Source of the DNA: Vulcanimicrobiota bacterium
GTDB lineage: Bacteria > Vulcanimicrobiota > Vulcanimicrobiia > Eremiobacterales > Eremiobacteraceae
Length of the DNA stretch: 64,000 nt
Assembly (NCBI GenBank): GCA_963812135.1
Contig: CAWETU010000005.1
Coordinates: 128,001-192,000, forward strand
Direction of reading: 5' to 3'
Shown: positions 36,557 to 46,684 of the stretch, in pieces
Layout: each line of letters starts with the position of its first letter
Numbering within the stretch: position 1 is the first letter of the stretch
Notes under the pieces: generated by a model
The model's database searches: none
What the model saw: only the letters and a program-made list of their open reading frames with translations
What the model was told of the DNA's origin: nothing
Translations under genes and position numbers: made by a program

Positions 36557-37096
36557 ATGCCACGCGAAATCACGTTGCCGGAGGCAAAACCGGCGCTCGA
36601 ATGGGTCAACGGTCGGGTTCTTCAAAAGATGAGCCCGAAGCGCAGGCACGCGGTCGCGCAAGGTCGCTTTTATGCCGCGCTCGACGCATGGGCACAGAAG
36701 GGCCGGCTCGGCATCGTAGGCACCGAATGGCGCTTTCGTGTTCAGCCGCCCGGCGAGGAACGCCGCCCGCTCGTACCCGATGTCGCATTCCTTTCGTACG
36801 CACGCCTGCCATATGAGATCCAGATAGTCACCGACGAACCGAAGGTTGCTCCGGATGCGGTCGTTGAGGTTCTTTCACCCGGCGATCGACGCGCCGACGT
36901 TGAGGAGAAGGTACGCGTCTACCTAGCCGCAGGCACGAGCGTGATCTTTATCGTCGACACCGCGAAAAGAATCGTACGCATCCGCGACATCGATGGCGAG
37001 CGGCTCATCACAGAGGGCGGAGTGATCGAGCACGACGCGCTTCCAGGATTCAGCCTTAGAGCGCGGCGGCTCTTTTCAGTACCCAAACCAAGCTAG
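36557..37096 (+). CDS. Uma2-family (DUF820) PD-(D/E)XK-like protein
   Basis: EWVNG, MSP...H, PDVAF, APDAVVEVLSP, K...YL.AG; extended -10 TGATATAAT upstream. Confidence 0.88.
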   Translation: MPREITLPEAKPALEWVNGRVLQKMSPKRRHAVAQGRFYAALDAWAQKGRLGIVGTEWRFRVQPPGEERRPLVPDVAFLSYARLPYEIQIVTDEPKVAPDAVVEVLSPGDRRADVEEKVRVYLAAGTSVIFIVDTAKRIVRIRDIDGERLITEGGVIEHDALPGFSLRARRLFSVPKPS

Positions 37097-38310
37097 GGCG
37101 CAGCATCAAGCGCTGCGTCCTTTTGGAAGCAATGGTGACCCGCCGGGTGCGACCACATCGAGTCGGTGGTCGCGCTATCGCGGCCCTGAATGTCGCACAG
37201 ACCTGATACTTCGAGCCGCCGTCCGGATAATATTCGAACTTCTGACCTGTGTCGAGATCGGAAATCGTCGCTCCATCTGGCAGAGCGCCGAGCGTGCGGG
37301 GCAGCGTGTGACCTTTTTGTTGCCAGTACGCAGCGATTGACCCTGAAAGCAAGGACAGCCGGTTTACACGGCTCTCATCCAGCGTGAGGTCGCGTTGGCG
37401 AGACGGCGTGCTCGCAGTTGTGAAACTGAGCGGCGAGCGCGTAAAAAGTACTTTGCCAGTACGCAGCGATTGACCCTGAAAGCAAGGACAGCCGGTTTAC
37501 ACGGCTCTCATCCAGCGTGAGGTCGCGTTGGCGAGACGGCGTGCCCGCAGCAGTGAAACCGAGCACGAGCGCTACGACCACCATGGCGGTCGCCGCCCAT
37601 GCGTACGCGCGATCGCGCCATGGCGCGGTTGACTCTGCGCGGACGATACCCAAGTAGTACGAGAACACGCCGGCCGCGACGACGAAGAGTACGAACGCCT
37701 TCCACGCGAAACGCACCGTCAGGTCGCCGGTCAGGAACGTCGTCAAGAACCATACGGCGTCGCCGAGCAGCGTGCACGCTGTGATCACGAGCGCGATGTA
37801 GGTCAACCACTTGCGCACGCCAGATTCCAAAGCTTCCGGCCGCCGGGCGACCTCGCGAGCGATCACGCAGCTGACGAACAGAAACAACGGAAATGCGACA
37901 ATAAGCGAGGCGAGTTGACCTGCGACCGCCGAGCGGAAATACGAGGCGTTTTCCGCGCCATGAGGCGGTATCCGGAAACACGTGATCGACGAACTGATCG
38001 GCAGAACAGCACGAGCGCGACCGTCCAAAATCCCAACGTGATGAACGCCAGCAGATAGAAGAACGCGTCAGCGCAGCTCTCGACGCGCGTGCCGCGCTCC
38101 GGAATCGGCACGGCGAAAGGCGTGCGAGTGCGAGATACACGATGGCGAGCCCAGCTCTCCTTCATAGTAAGCGCGGTCGAGAAGCGCGTCGTATATGCGC
38201 CGCTCGGACCATCCGTTCTGCTTGAGAAGCGCAGACGATCTCGTCGTCGGCGACGCCCTTGCTCAGCGCGCGCAGCGCCGGCAGCGTCGCGAACTCCACG
38301 AAGAAAAGCG
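37093..38310 (-). pseudogene. Fragmented DUF5671-like membrane protein gene
   Basis: Pieces in different frames: LLKQNGWSERRIYDAL, DAFFYLLAFITL, SGVRKWLTY..GD, FEYYP..YQVCATF; internal duplication. Confidence 0.65.
37320..37564. repeat. Tandem duplication of about 112 bp, period 133 bp
   Basis: 37320-37411 is identical to 37453-37544, then matches imperfectly to 37431/37564. Confidence 0.9.
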
Positions 38311-38329
38311 CGGCGAATCCAGGGTGGCC

Positions 38330-39198
38330 GGGAGTTCGGACGGTTCGTAGAACCACTCGTACGAAATCGAGCAGCTTGATCAATGAGAACAGAGACGTGA
38401 GCGGTAAGCTGCGCCAACCGCGCGCCTGCGCTACCCAGAGCAAGCCGGCGTTGAGCAGCGACAGATAGCCGAACAGCTGGACCTATCCGTTCGTGACGCA
38501 TGCGCACGCGCCGTGGAGTAGAAGAAGCGAACACCAGCGCGAGGACGCGAGCGCTGCGAACCAGCGCTAAGCAAGAACGAGCAGCACCGCGACGAAGGCG
38601 CCCAGACGGCGGAAGACACGAGCTTCGGGACAAGGGGAAGACGTTCCACGCCGGATACGACGATAGGGACAAGACGCCGGATCCGAGCCCTGCGACTCCC
38701 TCCGCGAAATAGACATACGTTTTCTTGAAGAGCACTTGACTGTAGGCGATAAGCGCAGTTCCTGCGAGCATTCCGATCGTGACGCGACCAATCGGGCTGA
38801 TCCAGTTGATATCGAATCGCGTACTTCAAGAAGAATGCTGTGCCGACGAGCAGGGCGGCGATGCCGATCCAATTGAGCCACTTGCCGCCGATGAGGCGTT
38901 CTATGTCCGTTCCGCTGTCTGCCGATTTTGTGACTGGCTGACGCGTCGGCGGCTGTGAAACTGTTGCCGGATGCGCCTGCGCCGAGGGCGCGACAACGGG
39001 CTGCGGCTGCGGCGCTACAGCAGCGGGGGCAGGCTGGGCCTCCCACGGTGGCGCTTGCCCGGTCGTCGGGGCTACGCCGGTCACTGAGAGCCGTGACACG
39101 TGCTGTTCAATCGCATCGAGTTTCCTGCGCAGCGACGACGTCGACACGAGCGCGAAGAACGATAAGACGATAGGCAACAGCACGATGGCGAAAATCAA
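38330..39198 (-). pseudogene. Truncated, frameshifted DUF2339-like membrane protein gene
   Basis: IERLIGGKWLNWIG...FFLKYA, then a frame change near 38817 to NWISPIGRV...FAEGVAGLG. Confidence 0.65.
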
Positions 39199-39325
39199 CA
39201 GAACGAAGAGAGATTCGATAAATCGGGGCTCCCTTTGTCAACAAACGTTGCGGAGGCGTCTTCCGTAGTCCTACAGACACGCGCCCTCAGCACCTGGAGC
39301 GCGCCGTCGAAGCGGTGACGCGCAC

Positions 39326-40282
39326 TTGCGCCGTGAACCGAATGCGCCTGAAGCGGAGCGGTTTTCTCAACCTGCTCGCAACGACGCCGCTGCTTCGACC
39401 GCGGTCGGGCAGCACGCTTATGGTTTCGAGACGTCTCTTGCACTTATACGTCAGATCCAGGCACGCGACGACGCCAGCATCTTGCCGGTCTCGCGAACGG
39501 CGCTGTACGATCACGGTCGCGCGACGGACCTCGCGGTCGTCCTCTTTCATGGGTTCACAAACTCGCCGGCGCAATACGCGCTCTTCGCCAAACAGTTGCA
39601 TGCGCTCGGCTGCAACGTGCTCATCCCGCGCTTGCCCGAACACGGCGACATCGACCGGATGACGACGCGTTTAGAGGGGTTAACCGCGGAGCGACTGATG
39701 ATGGCGGCGTCTGAAGCGGTCGATGCCGCGCAGGGACTCGGGCGCCGGATCGTTTTGTCGGGGATCTCGCTTGGCGGCGTGTTGTGCACGTGGCTCGCCA
39801 CGCAGCGCGCCGACATCGATCGAGCCGTTGTCCTCGCGCCTGCGTTCGGGATCGGCCACGTGTTGTATCCGTTGAGCGTCTACGCGGCGGGCGTCATGCG
39901 TGCGATGCCGGCGTCGCGGTACGTCTGGTGGGATCCGGTGTTGAAGGAGAAAATAACGCCCAGTCACGCGTATCCGCGGTATCCGCTTCGCGCGCTCGGC
40001 GAATGCTACAAGATCGGTGAGGAGACGATCGGCGCGCAGCCGCCGTTCCCAGGCAGCCTCCGCACGAACGTGATCTTCGCTCTCAACCCCAACGATCCGG
40101 CGGTCAACAACGACGTCGTCGTGGAGTTGTCCGACCGCTGGCGCGCGACGGGCGAGCTCTCGAGCTCCGTCATGTGGCTGCGCGATGTGCCGGCCATGCA
40201 TGACATCATCGAGCCCGAAAGCCCGCACGAATGCGTCGCCCGATGCTACCCGCCGCTCATCAAGACTATTTTATCGGCGTGA
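39326..40282 (+). CDS. Alpha/beta hydrolase (carboxylesterase-like); 5' end uncertain
   Basis: HGFTNSP, PRLPEHG, GISLGG nucleophile, D and H. Confidence 0.85.
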   Translation: MRREPNAPEAERFSQPARNDAAASTAVGQHAYGFETSLALIRQIQARDDASILPVSRTALYDHGRATDLAVVLFHGFTNSPAQYALFAKQLHALGCNVLIPRLPEHGDIDRMTTRLEGLTAERLMMAASEAVDAAQGLGRRIVLSGISLGGVLCTWLATQRADIDRAVVLAPAFGIGHVLYPLSVYAAGVMRAMPASRYVWWDPVLKEKITPSHAYPRYPLRALGECYKIGEETIGAQPPFPGSLRTNVIFALNPNDPAVNNDVVVELSDRWRATGELSSSVMWLRDVPAMHDIIEPESPHECVARCYPPLIKTILSA

Positions 40283-41408
40283 AGTCGGCGGGCGGCGAGA
40301 ACATCGCCGCGTCGTCGGGCCCTAGCGCCTTGATGTTCGAGCGGACGGACAACTTGTACATCACGTTTGAAGGACCGCTTCTGCCCGGCATCGCCGGCAT
40401 GCCAGGCATGTTCGCGAACATCGACTGAGGTCCAGGCATGAGCGCGGTTGCGTTTGCCGCCACAGCGCTGCCGCCCTCGACGCGAATCACTCGGTAGACG
40501 TAGAAACGGCCATTGGGATCATCGCCTGCGCTTCTGTGCGAGATGCTCGCGTTGCAACCGGCCCACAGCGCGAGCTTTTCGAGTCCGTTCGGCGGCAAGG
40601 GTAGCGGCTCGGGTCCGTCAGTCACATACTCGATCGCGCTTGCGCGGATCATGCCGTCCTGGCAGGCTCCGTTGCCTTGGCTGACCACTAAGAGATCGGC
40701 GCCTTCGTAGTGGCTCGTCGCCATGTCCTCGATCGTGAGCTGGTCTTTCAAATTCCACGCGGCAGTCGAGAGCAGTTGTCCCGATCCGCCGTCGGTCGCG
40801 ACCGGCGCCGGAGTTTGGGTCGCCGAATCGTCGGAGACTATCGTATATGTCTTGTTCTGGAGATCCAATACGATCGTTTCATGCAGATCGGGTCGCGTGA
40901 TCGTCGCATATTGACCCGGTATTTCGACGCGCGACCAACCATTGTAGAACGCGTATCGCGTCAACACGCCGGGTTGCTGCGGGTGCATCGACTCCTGTAA
41001 CCGCTGCTGCGCCTGTTGTCGCTGCCTTTTCATCTGCGCACTGACGAAGATGCTGCCGACGATTGGGATCTGACTGAGCGCCATATTTTCAAGTGTGGTG
41101 CCGATCGACTGACTCGCGCCCGGCATGCTCGGGCCGTTTTGCCCGGAGGCGGCGTGCTGGATGCGCGCAAGCTCGGAGGCAAACGAACCCGGAGGCGGCG
41201 GCGTGGCATCGCCAGTGAGCGTCCGGTCGATCTGATCAAACATCACACCAGGCACTGCGGCCGGCGCGGCCGGCGTCTGCGATGCGGGCACCGCAGACGC
41301 GGCCGGGGTCGGACTCGGTGCTGCTGCCGCTCTCGCGCTTTGCGCGGCGAGCACGGCGACCGCGACAAGAGCGGCGCAGTACGAGAGGCTATGAAGCAAG
41401 CGGTTCAT
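40266..41408 (-). CDS. Secreted hypothetical protein
   Basis: Signal peptide, Pro/Ala linker, C-terminal FSPPADF. Confidence 0.7.
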   Translation of the reverse strand: MNRLLHSLSYCAALVAVAVLAAQSARAAAAPSPTPAASAVPASQTPAAPAAVPGVMFDQIDRTLTGDATPPPPGSFASELARIQHAASGQNGPSMPGASQSIGTTLENMALSQIPIVGSIFVSAQMKRQRQQAQQRLQESMHPQQPGVLTRYAFYNGWSRVEIPGQYATITRPDLHETIVLDLQNKTYTIVSDDSATQTPAPVATDGGSGQLLSTAAWNLKDQLTIEDMATSHYEGADLLVVSQGNGACQDGMIRASAIEYVTDGPEPLPLPPNGLEKLALWAGCNASISHRSAGDDPNGRFYVYRVIRVEGGSAVAANATALMPGPQSMFANMPGMPAMPGRSGPSNVMYKLSVRSNIKALGPDDAAMFSPPADFTPIK

Positions 41409-41418
41409 CGAGAGCTCC

Positions 41419-41793
41419 TCAGGAGAAGGTGACGGGGACGTTGAGGCTTCCGCCGCTGCCGTCCGAGATCGTGATGTTGCATGTGCCGGCCTTGCCGGTC
41501 GCCGTCACATGGAACACGTTGGTCGATGCCGGATCGGCCGTGACCGTTGCAATTGTGGCATCGGTGGTCGTCGCCGTGAAGAACGTGTTGCCGTTGGTTT
41601 CGGAGGCGGTGAGGGTCGCGGGGCCCTTGTTGCCGGCATTGAACGAGAAACTCGTCGGCGCCGCGGCGATGACCGGCGACGGCGTTGGCGTCGGAATGTT
41701 GTAGAGCTTGTTGAAGAGACCGCTGCCGGTGCAGCCCGCAAGCAGCACAGCGAATGCTGCGGCGACCATGAAGACGTAAGCGGGGCTACGCAT
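41419..41793 (-). CDS. Lipoprotein with an Ig-like domain
   Basis: Lipobox LAGC, PTPTP linker, beta-rich domain; GAAAGGA RBS. Confidence 0.75.
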   Translation of the reverse strand: MRSPAYVFMVAAAFAVLLAGCTGSGLFNKLYNIPTPTPSPVIAAAPTSFSFNAGNKGPATLTASETNGNTFFTATTTDATIATVTADPASTNVFHVTATGKAGTCNITISDGSGGSLNVPVTFS

Positions 41794-41983
41794 TTTCTGA
41801 ATCAATCCTTTCTGGGACTTGCCCAGACGTTTGCAATTGAAGGAGCAGGTCGCGCAATTCGTCAGGCTCCGCGATGAGCCACGAACGCATGCATCGCACA
41901 TCGGTCACGCGGCACTTGAGGCTGCCGCCGTTGACGTGGAAGAAGCGCAAGACGAACGCGCTTTCGCCGCCGGTGGTATCGAT
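41786..41983 (-). CDS. Small hypothetical protein (65 aa, ATC start; absent from the ORF track)
   Basis: GGAGAGGAG RBS; (M)DTTGGESAFVLRFFHVNGGSLKCRVTDVRCMRSWLIAEPDELRDLLLQ...; stop overlaps the lipoprotein start by 8 nt. Confidence 0.55.
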   Translation of the reverse strand: MDTTGGESAFVLRFFHVNGGSLKCRVTDVRCMRSWLIAEPDELRDLLLQLQTSGQVPERIDSENA

Positions 41984-42094
41984 GTCGGACTCCTCTCCTA
42001 GGCAAGCGGCATGGCCCTACGGTATCGGGGGGCCGTAAACGGAACGTGAAATCGGCCAAAGTCGAACTCCACGCCGGCGTCGAACCACCGTGTC

Positions 42095-45000
42095 ATGCCC
42101 GCATGTTCGCTCGAGACGCTCGGCACGTTTGCCTTACGAGTGGACGGCCGGCTCGCACCGGCTCCGTCGACCCAAAAAGCGCGCGCGTTGCTCGTTTATC
42201 TGGTGATGCATCGAGGCAGCGACGTCGCGCGCGAGCGGCTCATGGAACTGCTCTGGCCCGACGCCGACCCCGAGCGCGGCCGCGAGAGCTTACGCACCGC
42301 GCTACATTCGATACGGCGCAGTTTGCGCGGCGCCGACGCCGACGCCGACGCGCTGCTGACCGCTAACAAATCCGTGGTGCGTTGGACGCCCGAGACGAAG
42401 CTCGACATCGATCGCTTCGCCGAGCTGGCCGACCACAGTGATCCGGCGTCGCTTTCGGAGGCCCTCGCCGTATATCGCGGTGATTTTCTTGAAGGCGATT
42501 ACGAGAATTGGACGGTTATCGAGCGCGAGCGGCTCTCTGCGCGGTACGAGCGACTCCTTGCCCGTGCGCTCAAGTCGGCGAACGATCCGGAGATCGCGCG
42601 CCGCCTGATCGAGCGAAATCCTTACGAAGAGGAACCATACATCGCGCTGATCGATGCCGAGCTGGCAGCAGGTCGCCGTGCTGTCGCGCAACGCCTGATC
42701 GCGCAATGTCGCGGCGCGCTGGCCGAACTCGGCGAACGCCCCTCGGCGGAGTTTGAGCGCCGGTATGCCGATCTCGAGCGCGCGGTCGCCAAACCAGCCG
42801 ACTCGTTCCGCCTCCCATTCGTGGGCCGCGAGCATGAGTTGGCAGACATCCAACGGCATCTCGACGACGCGGCTCAAGCTCGCGGATCGCTCACCATCGT
42901 CAGCGGCGAACCGGGGATCGGCAAGTCGACGCTGCTTGCGCACGCGGTCGAGTCTGCCATCCGCCGCGGTGTGCGAGTTATCAGCGTCCAGTGCCTGACC
43001 GGCGATCCTCGACCGTTCGGTCCATGGCAAGGCGTCTTCGAAGGCTTGACGAGCCGAAGCTTGCCGGAGTTCGTCAAGCTGGCCGGACGCGATGTCGCCA
43101 GCGAGGTCGCGGATTCGATCGTCGGCGCATTGGACAAGCCTGCAATGCTTGTCATCGACGACGTGCAATATGCGCGCGACGCGGCGCTCGAAGTCACGAT
43201 CCACGTCATGCGACTCGCGAGCGCGACACACGCAGTCGTTGCTGCGACCCGGCCGGAAGGCATCGCGCGTCTCAATGCGGCGCTCGGCGAATTGCGCCGC
43301 ACCGAGTTGGCGGTCGGCGCACTGACCCGGGACGATCTCGTAGCGGGCTTGCAGCGCCTCGCCATCGCCGACGACGACCCACTCCTCGATGCGCTGTATG
43401 GCCGCACAGATGGCAACCCGCTGTACGTGATCAGCTTTCTCGACGAACTCGTGAAGTCGGGAACGCTGCGACGGCACGGTCATCGTTGGGAGATCGACCT
43501 CAAGCGGCCGCTCGAATTGCAACTGCCCAAGTCGCTCACTCGCTCAATCGAAAACCGGTTGCGTTCCCGTGGCGACGTCGCTGCGGGAGTCGCCTGTGCG
43601 CTCGCCCTCGATGCGGACGCCGACATCGACGACGTGGGCAACGCGCTCGGACTCGACGAGACTTCCCGCCTTGATGCGCTTGACGATTTGCTCGCGCTCG
43701 GAGTCGTCGTCGAGCAATCTTCAGGACCGCAGCTGAGCTTCATACACGACGTCGTGCGCGACGTGGCCGCCCTGCTCCTGAGCGCGGCTCGACGAACCCG
43801 TGTGCATCGGGCGTTCGCAGACAGTCTCGCGCGATCGCCGGCACGCAACGCCGCTCTACGGCAAGCCCGTCATCTCGAGGCCGCAGGAGACTTTATGGGG
43901 GCAGCAGGCCTTTATAAGGACGCTGCGATCGAGGCGATGGAGTTGCGAGCAGTTTCCGACGCTAGTGCGCGATGCGACGATGGGTTGCGAATGCTCGCCA
44001 AGGCGGACCGCAGCGAGCCGGTCGAACTCGTGGCAGCCGAGCTGCACCGCGTCAAGGCCGAGAATCTCGTCCGTAACGGCCGTTACAAAGATGCGCTCGC
44101 CCCGGTCGTCGAGTCGGTGCGCATGGCGCGCGCTGCGGGCGATGAACGGGCGCTCATCAAGTCGCTCAATCTACGCTCGACGATCAACATGGAGCTGCCG
44201 CAAATCGATGACATGCTGCGCGATGCGGACGAGGTCGCCACGATCGCCGATCGGGTCGGCGATCACGCTTCCGCGGTCAATGCTGCCGTCAAGCGTTCGT
44301 GGGCTTTCGTGATGCTCGAAGACGGCGATCAGGCGATAGCTCAAGGCGAGAAAGCGCTTGCGTTGGCGGACCGCATCGGCAGCGATCGCGATCGAATGGT
44401 CGCCGCCGATAATCTGATCCGAGCCGCTTCGCTCTGGTGGCATTTCAAAACGGCTGCAGCGGCTTCGACGGTTGCCATCCAGATCGGGCCGCGCGTCGGC
44501 TGGAACGCGGAGGTCGCGAACCTGAGCGCCGCGGCCCGGCTGTGGCTGCTCGTCGGCCGGCTTGAAGTTGCTCGCGGGATGCTCGAGCAGGCGCGCAGTC
44601 ACCCGCAGAGCAGGCTCCGATCCGGTGACGTGCTGCTCTCGATGCCGTTGCACGAGCTACGGGTCGATTTTGTTCTCGCGACGGTGCTGACCGAGCTCGG
44701 ACGCCTCGATGAAGCCCTCGAGGTGGCGGAGCGCTGTGCGAGGCACCCCCTGACCGCCAGCGAGCCGGACATCGACAACACGCTACGCATGGCGCTTCTC
44801 GACATTCTGTGGCGGCGCAACCAGGCCGCCGACCGCAAACGACTACCCGATCTGCTGCGAATCCTTACCGACGTTCGCACGACGACGGGCGTGCTCTTCG
44901 GGGGCAACAGCCCGGAGATCATCCGTGGTATCGTGTCGGTGCGTCTCGGTGTTGCGCAAGCGCCAGAGCTTCTGTCAAAGGCGATCGACCACTCCGAGTC

Positions 45001-45169
45001 TGCCTCTGCCCGCAAGCCCTTTGATTGCGTTCGTGGTTTTGCCAAGCTGGCGGCAGCGGCAGGTGAGGCCGGACTACCCGAGCTTCACGCCCGAAGTGAA
45101 CGTCTCCGTGAGATCTATGCCCGCCGCCACGCGAGCGCCGTTGCAGAACTAGATAAGGTGCTCGCGTGA
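42095..45169 (+). CDS. SARP/BTAD plus AAA-ATPase transcriptional regulator
   Basis: KARALLVYL, RERLMELLWP, YRGDFL, PYEE, FVGR, GEPGIGKS, IDD, GNPLY. Confidence 0.9.
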   Translation: MPACSLETLGTFALRVDGRLAPAPSTQKARALLVYLVMHRGSDVARERLMELLWPDADPERGRESLRTALHSIRRSLRGADADADALLTANKSVVRWTPETKLDIDRFAELADHSDPASLSEALAVYRGDFLEGDYENWTVIERERLSARYERLLARALKSANDPEIARRLIERNPYEEEPYIALIDAELAAGRRAVAQRLIAQCRGALAELGERPSAEFERRYADLERAVAKPADSFRLPFVGREHELADIQRHLDDAAQARGSLTIVSGEPGIGKSTLLAHAVESAIRRGVRVISVQCLTGDPRPFGPWQGVFEGLTSRSLPEFVKLAGRDVASEVADSIVGALDKPAMLVIDDVQYARDAALEVTIHVMRLASATHAVVAATRPEGIARLNAALGELRRTELAVGALTRDDLVAGLQRLAIADDDPLLDALYGRTDGNPLYVISFLDELVKSGTLRRHGHRWEIDLKRPLELQLPKSLTRSIENRLRSRGDVAAGVACALALDADADIDDVGNALGLDETSRLDALDDLLALGVVVEQSSGPQLSFIHDVVRDVAALLLSAARRTRVHRAFADSLARSPARNAALRQARHLEAAGDFMGAAGLYKDAAIEAMELRAVSDASARCDDGLRMLAKADRSEPVELVAAELHRVKAENLVRNGRYKDALAPVVESVRMARAAGDERALIKSLNLRSTINMELPQIDDMLRDADEVATIADRVGDHASAVNAAVKRSWAFVMLEDGDQAIAQGEKALALADRIGSDRDRMVAADNLIRAASLWWHFKTAAAASTVAIQIGPRVGWNAEVANLSAAARLWLLVGRLEVARGMLEQARSHPQSRLRSGDVLLSMPLHELRVDFVLATVLTELGRLDEALEVAERCARHPLTASEPDIDNTLRMALLDILWRRNQAADRKRLPDLLRILTDVRTTTGVLFGGNSPEIIRGIVSVRLGVAQAPELLSKAIDHSESASARKPFDCVRGFAKLAAAAGEAGLPELHARSERLREIYARRHASAVAELDKVLA

Positions 45170-45173
45170 ACAG

Positions 45174-45545
45174 ATGAACAAGTCAACTCCTGAAGGTTGG
45201 CACAGCATTACGCCTCGCCTCGTCGTTGACGATCCGGCCAAGTTGGTCCAGTTCCTTAAGCGCGCTTTCGGTGCGACTGGAGAGCTCGCGACCGAAACGC
45301 CATCCCAGGTGCGGATCGGCGATTCGATCGTCATGGTGAGCGGTACCGGTCCGCGCGATCCGATGCGCGCCTTCCTGTATCTGTACGTCGATGACGTCGA
45401 TGCAACATATCGGCGGGCAGTGGACGCCGGCGCCGCGTCGCTCGAGCCACCAGAGGACCTGCCGTACGGAGACCGCCGCGCGATGATTGAGGACCCCTGT
45501 GGCAACCGCTGGCAAATTGCAACCTATAAGGGAGTATCTCGTTAG
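45174..45545 (+). CDS. VOC/PhnB-like protein
   Basis: ITPRL, RIGDS, LYVDDVDA, YGDR, DPCGNRW. Confidence 0.88.
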   Translation: MNKSTPEGWHSITPRLVVDDPAKLVQFLKRAFGATGELATETPSQVRIGDSIVMVSGTGPRDPMRAFLYLYVDDVDATYRRAVDAGAASLEPPEDLPYGDRRAMIEDPCGNRWQIATYKGVSR

Positions 45546-45576
45546 GGCGACCTGCTCTGTAGCACAAGTTGTCGCA

Positions 45577-46680
45577 ATGGCCGCGTTGGTCGCATTGCTC
45601 ACCGGTGCGCAGACCGCCGCGCTGGCTGATGCCAAAGCGCAGTGCGGCCCGCCGGTTTCGGTCGCTCCATTTCTCGCGAATGGCTATATGGTTGCGTGGA
45701 GCCATCGGACTGATCGCATCGTGTACGCGAGCCGAAATGCGTCCGGTCTGTACGAATTGCACGTCATCAACCCGGACGGTTCCAACGACGTGCGACTCGG
45801 CGCGAACAACCCAGATATGCCGCGGGGTCACACCGGTTCGCCGAGCTGGGATCCGGACGGGAGCTGGATCGCGTTTTCCGCTGAAAAGCCGAAACATGCG
45901 GGAAGTCATGCCGACGCGATCCCAGGTTTTGGCGGATACTCCGACGTCTGGGTCATCACGCCCGACGGCGCGCACGTCTACCCGCTAACGAACGAGCCGA
46001 ACGACGACAACCATGGCGCGATGATCCCGCGCTTCTCTCCCGACGGCCGCAAACTTGCGTGGACCGCTCGCGTCGCAGCGCCGAGCATCCTGAGCGCGAA
46101 GCGAGCGTTCGGATACTGGGTGCTACGAGTCGCGGATTTCGTCGTCGGCCACGACGGCATCCCATCGCTGCACAATGTCCACGACTATCGTGCAAGCGGA
46201 GACGCATTTTATGAGATGGGCGGTTTTTCGCCGGACGGCCGCACGCTCGTCTTCACAAGCGACTACGCCACCGGCAAATGGTGGGAAAGTCAGATCTATT
46301 CGATCGACCTGGCGACGTCGCGCGTCGCAGCGCTGACGTCATCGAACTACAACGAACATCCCTCCTACACTCCCGACGGTCGCGTGATCTGGATGAGCGA
46401 TACTGACATCCGTCCGCTCGGTGGATTCCTGATGCCGGGCACGGATTGGTGGCTAATGAACGCAGACGGCTCTCATAAGGTACGCTTGTCGTACCTCAAT
46501 GGGCGCGGTCACCCCGAGTTCACCGGCAAGCCCATGTGGGCCGGCACCGTGGCGTGGAGCAGCGATGGCCGCCGCTTTATCGGCGATGTACAGACAAATC
46601 TGTTGACGCAAGCCGGCAAGGCGATTTGGGTCGATCTCTCGTGCCCGTCCGCGGCTCGACCGCTATCGAAGCGCGTGTGA
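45577..46680 (+). CDS. TolB-like PD40 beta-propeller secreted protein (start uncertain)
   Basis: Repeated PSWDPDG, FSPDG, YTPDG and WSSDG. Confidence 0.75.
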   Translation: MAALVALLTGAQTAALADAKAQCGPPVSVAPFLANGYMVAWSHRTDRIVYASRNASGLYELHVINPDGSNDVRLGANNPDMPRGHTGSPSWDPDGSWIAFSAEKPKHAGSHADAIPGFGGYSDVWVITPDGAHVYPLTNEPNDDNHGAMIPRFSPDGRKLAWTARVAAPSILSAKRAFGYWVLRVADFVVGHDGIPSLHNVHDYRASGDAFYEMGGFSPDGRTLVFTSDYATGKWWESQIYSIDLATSRVAALTSSNYNEHPSYTPDGRVIWMSDTDIRPLGGFLMPGTDWWLMNADGSHKVRLSYLNGRGHPEFTGKPMWAGTVAWSSDGRRFIGDVQTNLLTQAGKAIWVDLSCPSAARPLSKRV

Positions 46681-46684
46681 GCTC

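Noticed and set aside
36557..37096. Uma2 gene as a restriction or defence system
   Set aside because: Solitary, with no methylase or other defence genes; such genes are often scattered paralogues.
37320..37564. CRISPR array or mobile-element terminal repeats
   Set aside because: Only two long copies of coding sequence; no spacers, cas genes or transposase.
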